From: an uncultured Bacteroides sp. | Lineage (GTDB): Bacteria > Bacteroidota > Bacteroidia > Bacteroidales > Bacteroidaceae | DNA: 64,000 bases | Direction: 5' to 3' | NCBI GenBank assembly: GCA_949288715.1 | Contig: CASELH010000032.1 | Location: 9,817 to 73,816 of the forward strand | In this document: positions 47,679 through 56,961 of the stretch, piece after piece | Position numbering within the stretch: the first letter of the stretch is position 1 | Layout: every line of letters starts with the position of its first letter | Notes under the pieces: model-generated | Database searches by the model: none | Seen by the model: the letters and a program-made list of their open reading frames with translations, nothing else | Told to the model about the DNA's origin: nothing | Position numbers and translations under genes: made by a program

Positions 47679-49184
47679 ATGAAAAAGAATCTATTATATC
47701 TCTTTGCCGCTTCGTTGCTGACGGTCACTGCTTGCGACCTGGACATCAATGATGACCCCAGTTATCCGGAGAGCGGCACCATCACGGCAGACTTGATGTT
47801 CCCCTCCGTGCAGAACTACATCGCTACCGTTTCGTGCGACAACATGTTCAACTACGCCGGGTTCTTCTGCCAGTATTTCGAGCAAATGCCTGAGACAAAC
47901 CAGTTCAATGATTATTGCGAGCAGACCATCACTGAATCCTCTCAGGTAATAGACCGTGCTTACAGTGCCTTGTATGCCGGCGCGCTGACCGACATTGAGG
48001 ACCTCCGCACCAAGACGGACAACACGGCAGACCTGTTGGCGCTGGCCGCCATGCGCACCTTTGCCTTCCAGCTGCTGGTGGACAACATGAGCGAGTGCCC
48101 CTATACCGAGGCCTTACAGGGAAGCGCTAACGCCCAGCCTGCCTGGGACGACGGGCAGACGGTGTACAACGGCGTGCTGGCCGAAGTGGAAGCCGCATTG
48201 GCAGCCTACGAGGCCAACCCGGAACTGATGACGGTGACCGACATGATGTTTGACGGCGATATGGACCAATGGGTGGGCTATGTCAATGCCCTGCGCCTGC
48301 GTATGTACATGCGCATGTATGATGCTGACAACAGCGTGCGCGACAAGATTGTGGCTTTGGTGAACGAAAACAACTTCTTCACGGGCGATGCCATGCTGGA
48401 CATCTACAGCGATGCTACCGATAATCGTAGTCCCTTCTACGGCAGTTACTATGCCTTGGGTACGGGTAACCACGTAGCCGCTTACCCCATCATCTCCTAC
48501 ATGCAGTTCACCAACGACCCCCGCATTGCTTATGCTTTCAATGTGACTGTCAATTCGGGCGAATACATGGGACAATTCCCCGGTGCTAAGGCCGACATGA
48601 AAACTTGGGGTTTGGGTGCCAACGATGATTGGAAGAACAATGACGTAAGTGCCGTGAATTATTCGTTGTACAATGGCACGGGTGCCAGCCGTCCGGCTTA
48701 CCTTTACACACAGGCTGCGTTGCAGTTCCTTATTGCTGAGGCGAAGATGCGCTTCATGAACGATGAGGCCGGTGCCAAGGCGGCTTACGAGGCTGCCATT
48801 ACAGCCGACTTCGAGGCTCGCGGCATGGCGGGGCAGGAGGTAGACTTCCTGAGCGGTGCCAACGTAAACTGGGACAATGCTGCGGACAAGTTGCACCTTA
48901 TCTACATGCAACGTTGGGCCACGTTGTTCTACATGGACAACATGGAGGCATGGTCGGAAATGCGCCGTACAGATGTGCCCGAACTCTCTGCTGCCAATGG
49001 TTATGACATCAGTCAAAATACCAGCATTTACACGCCGGGCGACTTGATAGAGCCTTACCGCAACGGTCTGGAGGCAGGCGGCTTGCTGAAGCGCATGTTC
49101 TACCCGCAGTCGGCACGCAACCTGAACCCCAACACACCGCCTATGAAGACGGGCAGCGAACCGGTATGGTGGGATGTGAACTAA
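47679..49184 (+). CDS. SusD/RagB lipoprotein (BT2263-like)
   Basis: Lipobox VTAC; IYMQRW..EAWSEMRR, LKRMFYP, VWWD. Confidence 0.93.
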   Translation: MKKNLLYLFAASLLTVTACDLDINDDPSYPESGTITADLMFPSVQNYIATVSCDNMFNYAGFFCQYFEQMPETNQFNDYCEQTITESSQVIDRAYSALYAGALTDIEDLRTKTDNTADLLALAAMRTFAFQLLVDNMSECPYTEALQGSANAQPAWDDGQTVYNGVLAEVEAALAAYEANPELMTVTDMMFDGDMDQWVGYVNALRLRMYMRMYDADNSVRDKIVALVNENNFFTGDAMLDIYSDATDNRSPFYGSYYALGTGNHVAAYPIISYMQFTNDPRIAYAFNVTVNSGEYMGQFPGAKADMKTWGLGANDDWKNNDVSAVNYSLYNGTGASRPAYLYTQAALQFLIAEAKMRFMNDEAGAKAAYEAAITADFEARGMAGQEVDFLSGANVNWDNAADKLHLIYMQRWATLFYMDNMEAWSEMRRTDVPELSAANGYDISQNTSIYTPGDLIEPYRNGLEAGGLLKRMFYPQSARNLNPNTPPMKTGSEPVWWDVN

Positions 49185-49221
49185 GAAAACAGGTTTAATA
49201 ACTGAAAAATAATTTCGCATT

Positions 49222-49938
49222 ATGAAGAAAGCAATATACAAATTGATGGGGTGTTTCATCGCCCTGCTGGCTGTGACGCTGACGGCTTGCGAGGACGAGA
49301 CATCGCAGGACATTTCGACCATCACCTACTACATTAATTTTGAGTTGGAGGGCGATGAAACGATGTACCTCCCGGTAGGTACGGCTTATGTGGAACCCGG
49401 CTTCACGGCCATGGAGGGCGACCAGGACGTTACGTCCAGTGTCGTGACGAGCGGCTCGGTGGACGGCAACACGGTAGGGCTTTACACCATTACCTATTCT
49501 GCTGTCAACCAAGACGGATTCAGTAGTTCTACTTCGCGCACGGTCATTGTGTACGACCCTACTGTAACGACGGATATCTCCGGCACGTATAGAGCTGCCG
49601 ATGGGTGCTATCGCTATTGGATTGAAGATGCATCGGTTTCCGCATTCAGCGGCTTTACGGTAACTTTGACGCAATTGGCACCGGGATTTTATACTATCTC
49701 CGATTACATGGGTGGATATTATGACCAAGGAGTAGGCTATGGCGCTGCTTATGCCATGACAGGCTACTTGAAGCAGAATGCGGACAATACGCTTGAGGCA
49801 GTGAGCGGAACTGTAGCAGGTTGGGGCGATTCCTATGATTCATTCGATAATGGCGTGTACGACCCTGCCACAGGCACCATTTCTTACGAATTGGCTTATG
49901 CTCAATCTATGATATTCTATATTACATTAACGAAATAA
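49222..49938 (+). CDS. Surface lipoprotein with Ig-like (DUF5011-type) domain, BT2262-like
   Basis: Lipobox LTAC; YVEPGFTA..GLYTITYSAVNQDG...RTVIV. Confidence 0.8.
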   Translation: MKKAIYKLMGCFIALLAVTLTACEDETSQDISTITYYINFELEGDETMYLPVGTAYVEPGFTAMEGDQDVTSSVVTSGSVDGNTVGLYTITYSAVNQDGFSSSTSRTVIVYDPTVTTDISGTYRAADGCYRYWIEDASVSAFSGFTVTLTQLAPGFYTISDYMGGYYDQGVGYGAAYAMTGYLKQNADNTLEAVSGTVAGWGDSYDSFDNGVYDPATGTISYELAYAQSMIFYITLTK

Positions 49939-49950
49939 GAGTAGCACACT

Positions 49951-50529
49951 ATGAAGAAATATTTTTTACTGATAGCAATAGCCATTGCCACCGGCTTTAC
50001 TTCCTGCGATGTCTATACGGACGAAGAAGCGGGCGGCACGTCGGTGGAGAAAATGGCAGGTACGTGGACCGTGACTTTTGAACAGAGCTACGCCGAATAC
50101 CAATATCTGATAGAAGGTACGGGTGCTGACCCTCAACTTACCTCCATGACCCCCGAACAGCTTGACCAGCAGGAATGGGTGGATGCTTACGGAGTAGGCA
50201 AGGTTACGGTGATGACCTCGAACACGGCAGCCAATGTAGACACGGAAATGTGGTTTGTGGACAACAGCTTCTGGGGTACACAGGTAAGATGTTCGGTAGA
50301 TTACCCTAACCGTACATTTGAGTGCACAGACCAAACGCCGTTGAATTATGATGGCGACTGCATCGTAAATATTATTGGCGGTAAAGTGTTGGAAGGCGCG
50401 GCTACTACGCCGCGCGGCATGGCTGCCGACAGTATTGTGGCCTACATCAGCTACACCGATGACCAGTATGGCTTCACTTACATGAAAATGTCCGGTTACC
50501 GGTATACCGGTTTCCCCGAAGACCGTTGA
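49951..50529 (+). CDS. Surface lipoprotein, BT2261-like lipid-binding beta-barrel
   Basis: Lipobox FTSC; MAGTW, GGKVLEGAATTPRGMAADSI, GYRYTGF. Confidence 0.8.
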   Translation: MKKYFLLIAIAIATGFTSCDVYTDEEAGGTSVEKMAGTWTVTFEQSYAEYQYLIEGTGADPQLTSMTPEQLDQQEWVDAYGVGKVTVMTSNTAANVDTEMWFVDNSFWGTQVRCSVDYPNRTFECTDQTPLNYDGDCIVNIIGGKVLEGAATTPRGMAADSIVAYISYTDDQYGFTYMKMSGYRYTGFPEDR

Positions 50530-50540
50530 CAGGCAAAAAA

Positions 50541-50572
50541 CTTCCCCGCAGAAGCGTCTGCGGGGAGGCTTA
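50541..50572. terminator. Stem-loop after the sus operon
   Basis: tccccgcaga-agcg-tctgcgggga, perfect 10-bp stem. Confidence 0.65.
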
Positions 50573-50718
50573 TCTCTCTTGCCGGATACACAGCCCGGCA
50601 GGTTTGACTTTACTTTAATTGTTTCTTTGCTTTGCTGAAGAAACACAGTGTGCGGCATCCTCGTGAGAAGGTGCCGCACACTTGCTTCTTGTCGCCATAA
50701 GGGGGATTGGCTGAGTGC

Positions 50719-50829
50719 TTAAATCATGTGGTTGGCTTTAAGCCATTGCTTGCCTCTCGGGGTGAGGCACCATAATAGAAAGATTACGCAAGGTAATCCG
50801 ATTGCGGACATTACAAAAATAGCATCCAT
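50719..50829 (-). CDS. 36-aa small membrane protein (not in ORF track)
   Basis: MDAIFVMSAIGLPCVIFLLWCLTPRGKQWLKANHMI; ATG overlaps the upstream TAA (TAATG). Confidence 0.65.
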   Translation of the reverse strand: MDAIFVMSAIGLPCVIFLLWCLTPRGKQWLKANHMI

Positions 50830-51020
50830 TATTTCCTTTCCTCCTTTTTGTTGCTTAACACTAAACCGCTCAATAATGTGGCACAGGCTACCAAAAGGCC
50901 AAGTGCATAGATTAGAAACCGGTTCTCATTTAAATCTTTAAATAAAGAGGCGATAACTACACCTGTTAATACATACTTGGATACATCAATGAGGTATCCA
51001 CCTAATTTCTCTTTCCACAT
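50829..51020 (-). CDS. DUF6722-like two-helix small membrane protein
   Basis: MWKEKLGGYLIDVSKYVLTGVVIASLF; TATCTTTG ends 4 nt before the ATG. Confidence 0.7.
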   Translation of the reverse strand: MWKEKLGGYLIDVSKYVLTGVVIASLFKDLNENRFLIYALGLLVACATLLSGLVLSNKKEERK

Positions 51021-51088
51021 GCTGCAAAGATAAGGTTTTATATTAAGTATGCGTACAGGATGAATGATATTTTTGGGAAGCTTTGGCT

Positions 51089-51403
51089 TTACTCTACGCT
51101 GACAGCAGTGCCGCTGGCGGTCACCATCAGCATGGAGCCGTTCACTGTCTCATAGTCCAGGTCGACGCCCACCACGGCATTGGCGCCCAGGGCGGCGGCT
51201 TGTTCCTGCATTTCGCGCAGGGCAGTTTCCTTGCCTTTGCGCAGCACTTCTTCGTAGGCGCCGCTGCGCCCGCCCACAATGTCGCGGATGCTGGCAAAAA
51301 GGTCGCGGAACACATTGGCGCCGATAATGGTTTCGCCCGACACGATGCCGTAGTAGCGGGTGATGCGTGCGCCTTCAATAATAGGGGTTGTAGTTACTAA
51401 CAT
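51089..51403 (-). CDS. YbjQ/UPF0145 family protein
   Basis: [43 protein letters not shown]. Confidence 0.9.
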   Translation of the reverse strand: MLVTTTPIIEGARITRYYGIVSGETIIGANVFRDLFASIRDIVGGRSGAYEEVLRKGKETALREMQEQAAALGANAVVGVDLDYETVNGSMLMVTASGTAVSVE

Positions 51404-51550
51404 GGTTTTTCTTGTTTTTTTAGAGTTATTACATGCTATTAGTCGCACGGCAAGGGCGAAAAGTTGCACGCATGTCGTTTTTCTTTCCTTAACCGCACCG
51501 GCGAAAGCAATAATTTGCTTACTTTGCACTAACTAACGTGACATTGACTT

Positions 51551-53707
51551 ATGGCTAAGAAGAAAGAAAAACGGGAGAAGAAAGCAGGCAAGCGCATGAA
51601 GAAGAAAGAACTTGTGAAGGCGTTGCTCGACTTTTTCCACGTAAACCAAAACGAAACGTTGCCGCTGAAGTACATCTTCGAGCGGCTGAAGCTCACTACC
51701 CACCCGCAGAAGATGCTGTGCATGGACGTGCTGGACGAGCTGAAGGTGGACGACTACATCTGCGAGACCGATAAGCATAAATACCGCCTCAACAACCACG
51801 GCGTGGAGATGACGGGCACTTTCCAGCGCAAAAGTAACGGCAAGAACTCGTTTATCCCCGACGGGGGAGGAGACCCCATCTTCATTGCCGAACGCAACTC
51901 GGCACACGCCATGGCGGGCGACCGGGTGAAGATAGCCTTCTACGCCAAGCGGCACGGGCGCACCGCCGAGGGCGAGGTGATAGAAATACTGAAGCGTGCC
52001 AACGACACCTTTGTGGGCACGCTGGAGGTGACCAAAGGCTATGCCTTCCTGGTGACGGAGAACCGCACCCTGGCCAACGACATCTTTATCCCCAAAGACA
52101 AGCTGAAAGGCGGCAAGACGGGCGACAAGGCCGTGGTGAAGGTAGTGGAGTGGCCGGACAAGGCAAAGAACCCCATAGGGCAGGTGATAGACATACTGGG
52201 CCGCGCGGGCGAGAACAACACCGAGATGCACGCCATACTGGCAGAATTCGGGCTGCCCTACACCTATCCGAAGAACGTGGAGGATGCTGCCGACCGCATT
52301 CCCGCCGAAATACCTGCCGAAGAGATAGCCCGCCGGGAGGACTTTCGCCCCGTCACTACCTTTACCATCGACCCCAAGGATGCCAAGGACTTTGACGACG
52401 CCATTTCCATCCGCCGCCTGCCCGACGGGCTGTGGGAGGTAGGCGTGCACATTGCCGACGTGACCTACTACGTAAAGGAGGGCACCGTCATCGACAAGGA
52501 GGCCGAGAAGCGCGCCACCTCTGTCTACCTGGTAGACCGCACCATCCCCATGCTGCCCGAACGCCTGTGCAACTTTCTCTGCTCCCTGCGTCCCAATGAG
52601 GAGAAGCTGGCCTATAGCGTCATCTTCCGCATGGACGACCAGGCTGTGGTGAAAGACTCGCGCGTGGTGCACACCATCATTGAGAGCGACCGCCGCTTTA
52701 CCTACGAGGAGGCGCAACAAGTGATAGAGACGGGGCAGGGCGACTTCAAGGACGAATTGCTGCAGCTGGACAAGCTGGCCAAGGTGCTGCGCGAACGGCG
52801 CTTCCAGGCGGGGGCCATCAACTTTGACCGCTATGAGGTGAAGTTCGAGCTGGACGACAAGGGAAAGCCCGTCAGCGTGTACTTCAAGGTGGCCAAGGAC
52901 GCCAACAAGCTGGTGGAGGAGTTCATGCTGCTGGCCAACCGCACCGTGGCCGAAAAGATAGGCCGCGTGCCCGAAGGCAAAAAGGCCAAGGTGTTCCCTT
53001 ACCGCATACACGACTTGCCCGACCCCGAGAAACTGGACAACCTGGCCCAATTCATCGCCCGCTTTGGCTACAAGCTGCGCACGTCGGGCACGAAGGCCGA
53101 TGTTTCCAAGTCCATCAACCACCTGCTGGACGACATCCAGGGCAAGAAGGAGGAGAACCTCATAGAGACCGTATCCATCCGCGCCATGCAGAAGGCACGC
53201 TACTCCACGCACAACATCGGGCACTACGGCCTGGCCTTCGACTACTACACGCACTTCACTTCACCCATCCGCCGCTATCCCGACATGATGGTGCACCGCC
53301 TGCTCACCCGCTATCTGGACGAGCACAAGCGCACCGTAAGCGAAAACAAGTATGAAGCCCTGTGCGAGCACAGCAGCGCCATGGAGCAGTTGGCTGCCAA
53401 CGCCGAGCGGGCATCGGTGAAGTACAAGCAGGTGGAGTTCATGCAGGAACACGTGGGGCAGACGTACGACGGCGTCATCTCGGGCGTCACGGAGTGGGGC
53501 CTGTATGTGGAGCTGAACGAGAACAAGTGCGAAGGCATGATTCCCATCCGCGACCTGGACGACGACTACTACGAGTTCGACGAAAAGAACTACTGCCTGC
53601 GCGGCCGTCGCAAGAAGCGTGTGTACAGCCTGGGCGATGCCATCGCCATCCGCGTGGCACGCGCCAACCTGGAGAAGAAGCAGCTGGACTTTGCGTTGGC
53701 GGAATAA
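51551..53707 (+). CDS. rnr: Ribonuclease R
   Basis: Cold-shock domains, FTIDPKDAKDFDDAIS, YTHFTSPIRRYPD, C-terminal S1. Confidence 0.96.
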   Translation: MAKKKEKREKKAGKRMKKKELVKALLDFFHVNQNETLPLKYIFERLKLTTHPQKMLCMDVLDELKVDDYICETDKHKYRLNNHGVEMTGTFQRKSNGKNSFIPDGGGDPIFIAERNSAHAMAGDRVKIAFYAKRHGRTAEGEVIEILKRANDTFVGTLEVTKGYAFLVTENRTLANDIFIPKDKLKGGKTGDKAVVKVVEWPDKAKNPIGQVIDILGRAGENNTEMHAILAEFGLPYTYPKNVEDAADRIPAEIPAEEIARREDFRPVTTFTIDPKDAKDFDDAISIRRLPDGLWEVGVHIADVTYYVKEGTVIDKEAEKRATSVYLVDRTIPMLPERLCNFLCSLRPNEEKLAYSVIFRMDDQAVVKDSRVVHTIIESDRRFTYEEAQQVIETGQGDFKDELLQLDKLAKVLRERRFQAGAINFDRYEVKFELDDKGKPVSVYFKVAKDANKLVEEFMLLANRTVAEKIGRVPEGKKAKVFPYRIHDLPDPEKLDNLAQFIARFGYKLRTSGTKADVSKSINHLLDDIQGKKEENLIETVSIRAMQKARYSTHNIGHYGLAFDYYTHFTSPIRRYPDMMVHRLLTRYLDEHKRTVSENKYEALCEHSSAMEQLAANAERASVKYKQVEFMQEHVGQTYDGVISGVTEWGLYVELNENKCEGMIPIRDLDDDYYEFDEKNYCLRGRRKKRVYSLGDAIAIRVARANLEKKQLDFALAE

Positions 53708-53750
53708 CCTTTTACAGCAGAAAGAAGGCCGTGGCAAGCGCTCCGGCAAG

Positions 53751-53804
53751 CGTAGTATCGCCAGCATGGTAGTGTAGTATCGCTACCGTGCTGGCGATAC
53801 TACG
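53751..53804. repeat. 22-bp repeat family, copy D, long hairpin
   Basis: Perfect 16-bp stem cgtagtatcgccagca / tgctggcgatactacg enclosing a second unit. Confidence 0.8.
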
Positions 53805-53950
53805 TTACCGGGCCGGTGCTTTAATGCTGCCGCGCGGGGGGCGGATGGCGCGGAAAAAACGCCTCAAAGGTTTCACTATTCGTGCGCAAGTCGTAGGTTT
53901 TCTGCCAAATACTTGCTAACTTTGCAAACTGTAACACAAGGATATCGCGA

Positions 53951-54859
53951 ATGAGTCCCTCCAACTTTACCCACATCTTGATACAGGCAGTCGACGAGCT
54001 CTCGGAAAGCGAGTCTTACAAAGGGCTGTTCCACCAGCACACGGACGGCAACCCGCTGCCTTCGGCCAAGGCGCTGCGCGACATTGTAGAACTGGCGCGC
54101 GCCATTATCTTTCCCGGTTACTTCGGAAACTCTACGGTAAACAGCCACACGGTGAAGTACCACACGGGCGTCAACGTGGAGCGGCTGTACGACCTGCTGA
54201 CGCAGCAGGTGCTGGCCGGGCTGTGCTTTGGCGACGATTGCGGGTGCGACGGCACTCTACGCGAAGAAGCCGCCTTGCTTGCCGCCCGCTTCGTGGGCAG
54301 TCTGCCCGACATGCGGCGCGTGCTTGCCACCGACGTGGAGGCTGCCTACAACGGCGACCCGGCCGCCCACTCCTTCGGCGAGGTCATCTGCTGCTACCCG
54401 GCCATACGGGCCATCAGCAACTACCGCATTGCCCACGAACTGTTGCGGCTGGGTGTGCCCCTCATTCCGCGCATCATCACCGAGATGGCCCACAGCGAGA
54501 CGGGCATCGACATCCACCCGGGCGCCAAGATAGGCAGCTACTTCACCATAGATCACGGCACGGGTGTAGTCATCGGCGAGACGTGCATCATAGGCAACAA
54601 CGTGAAGCTGTATCAGGGCGTCACCCTGGGAGCCAAGAGCTTTCCGCTCGACGCCGAGGGCAAGCCCATCAAGGGCATACCTCGCCACCCCATTCTGGAG
54701 GACGACGTGATAGTCTACAGCAACGCCACCATCCTGGGGCGCATCACCGTGGGGCGCGGCGCCGTGGTGGGCGGCAACATCTGGGTGACGAAGGACGTGC
54801 CCCCCGGTGCCAAGATAGTGCAGGGCGGGCGCAGGGAAGTGCCCGGGCAGCAACCATAG
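53951..54859 (+). CDS. cysE: Serine O-acetyltransferase
   Basis: AAYNGDPAA, GIDIHPGAKIG, IDHGTGVVIGET, KLYQGVTLG, RHP. Confidence 0.93.
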   Translation: MSPSNFTHILIQAVDELSESESYKGLFHQHTDGNPLPSAKALRDIVELARAIIFPGYFGNSTVNSHTVKYHTGVNVERLYDLLTQQVLAGLCFGDDCGCDGTLREEAALLAARFVGSLPDMRRVLATDVEAAYNGDPAAHSFGEVICCYPAIRAISNYRIAHELLRLGVPLIPRIITEMAHSETGIDIHPGAKIGSYFTIDHGTGVVIGETCIIGNNVKLYQGVTLGAKSFPLDAEGKPIKGIPRHPILEDDVIVYSNATILGRITVGRGAVVGGNIWVTKDVPPGAKIVQGGRREVPGQQP

Positions 54860-54914
54860 AGAGATATATCGAAGTAACACTATTATTTAATACAGTCAGC
54901 TATTACACATATAC

Positions 54915-56360
54915 ATGAGCGAACAATCCTCTTTTGAAATGATTGCCAAGACCTTCCAGGGGCTGGAAGAAGTATTGGCGCAAGAGCTTACCGCACTGGG
55001 AGCCGACGACATCCAGATAGGACGCCGCATGGTGTCATTCACCGGCGATAAGGAGATGCTGTATCGCGCCAACTTCAGCCTGCGCACGGCCATCCGCGTG
55101 TTGAAACCCATCAAGCACTTCACGGCACAGGATGCCGACGAGGTGTACGAAGCCGTCAAGGCCATACGGTGGGAGGACTACCTGGACTGCTCCCGGTCGT
55201 TTGCCGTAGATGCCGTGGTGTTCAGCGAAGAATTCCGCCACAGCAAGTTCGTGTCTTACCGGGTGAAAGATGCCATTGCCGACTACTTCCGCGAAAAGAC
55301 GGGTAAGCGGCCCAGCGTGCGCCTCAACAATCCCGACGTGCTGCTTAACATCCACATTGCGCAGACCGACTGCACCTTGTCGCTCGATAGCAGCGGCGAG
55401 TCGCTGCACCGCCGGGGCTACCGCCAGGAAGCCGTGGAAGCGCCGCTCAACGAGGTGCTGGCCGCCGGCATGATTCTGCTGACGGGCTGGCACGGCGAGT
55501 GCGACCTGATAGACCCCATGTGCGGCTCGGGCACCATCCCCATCGAGGCGGCGCTCATTGCTCGGAACATTGCCCCGGGCGTATTCCGCCAGGGCTATGC
55601 CTTCGAGAAGTGGAACGACTTCGACGCTGACCTCTTCGAGACCGTCTACAACGACGACAGCCAGGAGCGGGAGTTCACCCACAAGATATACGGCTACGAC
55701 AACAGTCCGCGTGCCAACGCCATAGCCACGCGCAACGTCAAGGCGGCAGGTGTCACCAAGGACGTGGTGCTGAAGCTGCAGCCTTTCCAGCAGTTCGAGC
55801 AACCCCGGGAGCAGTCCGTCATCATCACCAACCCGCCCTACGGCGAGCGCATCTCTACCGACGACCTGCTGGGGCTGTATGCCATGATAGGCGAGCGGCT
55901 GAAGCATGCCTTCGTGGGCAACACGGCCTGGATATTGTCTTACCGCGACGAGTGCTTCGACCAGATAGGCCTCAAGGCCAGTCGGCGGATACCTTTGTAC
56001 AACGGCGCGCTGGAGTGCGAGTTCCGCGAGTATGAGATGTTCAAGGGGAAATACAAAGAGTTCCGCGAGGACGGTGAAACGCTCGACAAGCCGGAGTGGA
56101 AACCCACCCGCCGGGACGACCGCCGCCCCCGTAGGGATGATGATAATCGTGGCCGCCGGGACGATGACCGCCGCCCGCGCCGGGAATTCCGCGAAGACTC
56201 CAAGCCCTTCCGCGGCCGCCGCTTCGACTCCGACGAGCGTCGCCCGCGCTACAAAGACGAGCGTCCGGGGCGTGGCAACGAGCGCCGCCGCGAGGAGTCT
56301 TATCCCGAACGCAAACGGCGCGAGGCACGCGAGCGGGAAGAACAACGGAAGGGAGAATAA
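54915..56360 (+). CDS. THUMP-domain SAM-dependent RNA methyltransferase (RlmL-like) with R/D/E-rich tail
   Basis: SLHRRGYR, APLNEVLAAG, DPMCGSGT, NPPYGER. Confidence 0.9.
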   Translation: MSEQSSFEMIAKTFQGLEEVLAQELTALGADDIQIGRRMVSFTGDKEMLYRANFSLRTAIRVLKPIKHFTAQDADEVYEAVKAIRWEDYLDCSRSFAVDAVVFSEEFRHSKFVSYRVKDAIADYFREKTGKRPSVRLNNPDVLLNIHIAQTDCTLSLDSSGESLHRRGYRQEAVEAPLNEVLAAGMILLTGWHGECDLIDPMCGSGTIPIEAALIARNIAPGVFRQGYAFEKWNDFDADLFETVYNDDSQEREFTHKIYGYDNSPRANAIATRNVKAAGVTKDVVLKLQPFQQFEQPREQSVIITNPPYGERISTDDLLGLYAMIGERLKHAFVGNTAWILSYRDECFDQIGLKASRRIPLYNGALECEFREYEMFKGKYKEFREDGETLDKPEWKPTRRDDRRPRRDDDNRGRRDDDRRPRREFREDSKPFRGRRFDSDERRPRYKDERPGRGNERRREESYPERKRREAREREEQRKGE

Positions 56361-56372
56361 ACAGCCGGTGTG

Positions 56373-56957
56373 ATGGACGAACTGACCATAATAGAGAACA
56401 AGATATATGAAATCAGAGGCCAGCGCGTGATGCTGGACTTTGACTTGGCGGAGATGTATGGGATAGAGACTAAAAATCTCAATAAAGCAGTAAAAAGAAA
56501 CATTGAGCGTTTTCCTTCCGACTTCATGTTTCAGTTAACAAATACTGAAGCTAAAGTGCTGATAAACAATTTGAGGTTCCAAAATGGAACCTCAAATATG
56601 GGTGGTACGCGTTACGCCCCATACGCCTTCACCGAGCAAGGAGTAGCCATGCTCTCCGGCGTGCTGAGGAGCCCGCAAGCCATTGAGGTGAACATCAACA
56701 TCATGCGGGCTTTCGTCCGTATGCGGCAATATCTGCTGACACATGCGCCGAAGCAGGAATTGGACGAACTGAGGCAGCGCATCGAGTATCTGGAAGAAGA
56801 CATCTCGTCGGACAGAGACAGCTATGAGAAGCAATTCGATGAACTGTTTTCTGCCTTCGCCAAGCTGAGCGCAGCCATACAAGTGCGCCAGACGCCGCTG
56901 AACCGCACAGTGGTGGAAGGCTTCAAGATAAAAGACAATAACGACAAGAACGTGTAA
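56373..56957 (+). CDS. ORF6N (KilA-N-like) domain protein
   Basis: IYEIRGQRVMLDFDLAEMYG, VKRNIERFPSDFMFQL, PYAFTEQGVAMLS. Confidence 0.9.
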   Translation: MDELTIIENKIYEIRGQRVMLDFDLAEMYGIETKNLNKAVKRNIERFPSDFMFQLTNTEAKVLINNLRFQNGTSNMGGTRYAPYAFTEQGVAMLSGVLRSPQAIEVNINIMRAFVRMRQYLLTHAPKQELDELRQRIEYLEEDISSDRDSYEKQFDELFSAFAKLSAAIQVRQTPLNRTVVEGFKIKDNNDKNV

Positions 56958-56961
56958 AGAT

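Noticed and set aside
50701-50772. tRNA-like sequence (GGGGGATTGGCTGAGTG..., loop CTTTAAG with apparent UUA ochre anticodon, 5-bp/7-nt hairpin, terminal CCA)
   Set aside because: No 3' acceptor strand, no TTC in the T-loop and a mismatched anticodon stem. Most of it is the antisense of the 36-aa ORF.
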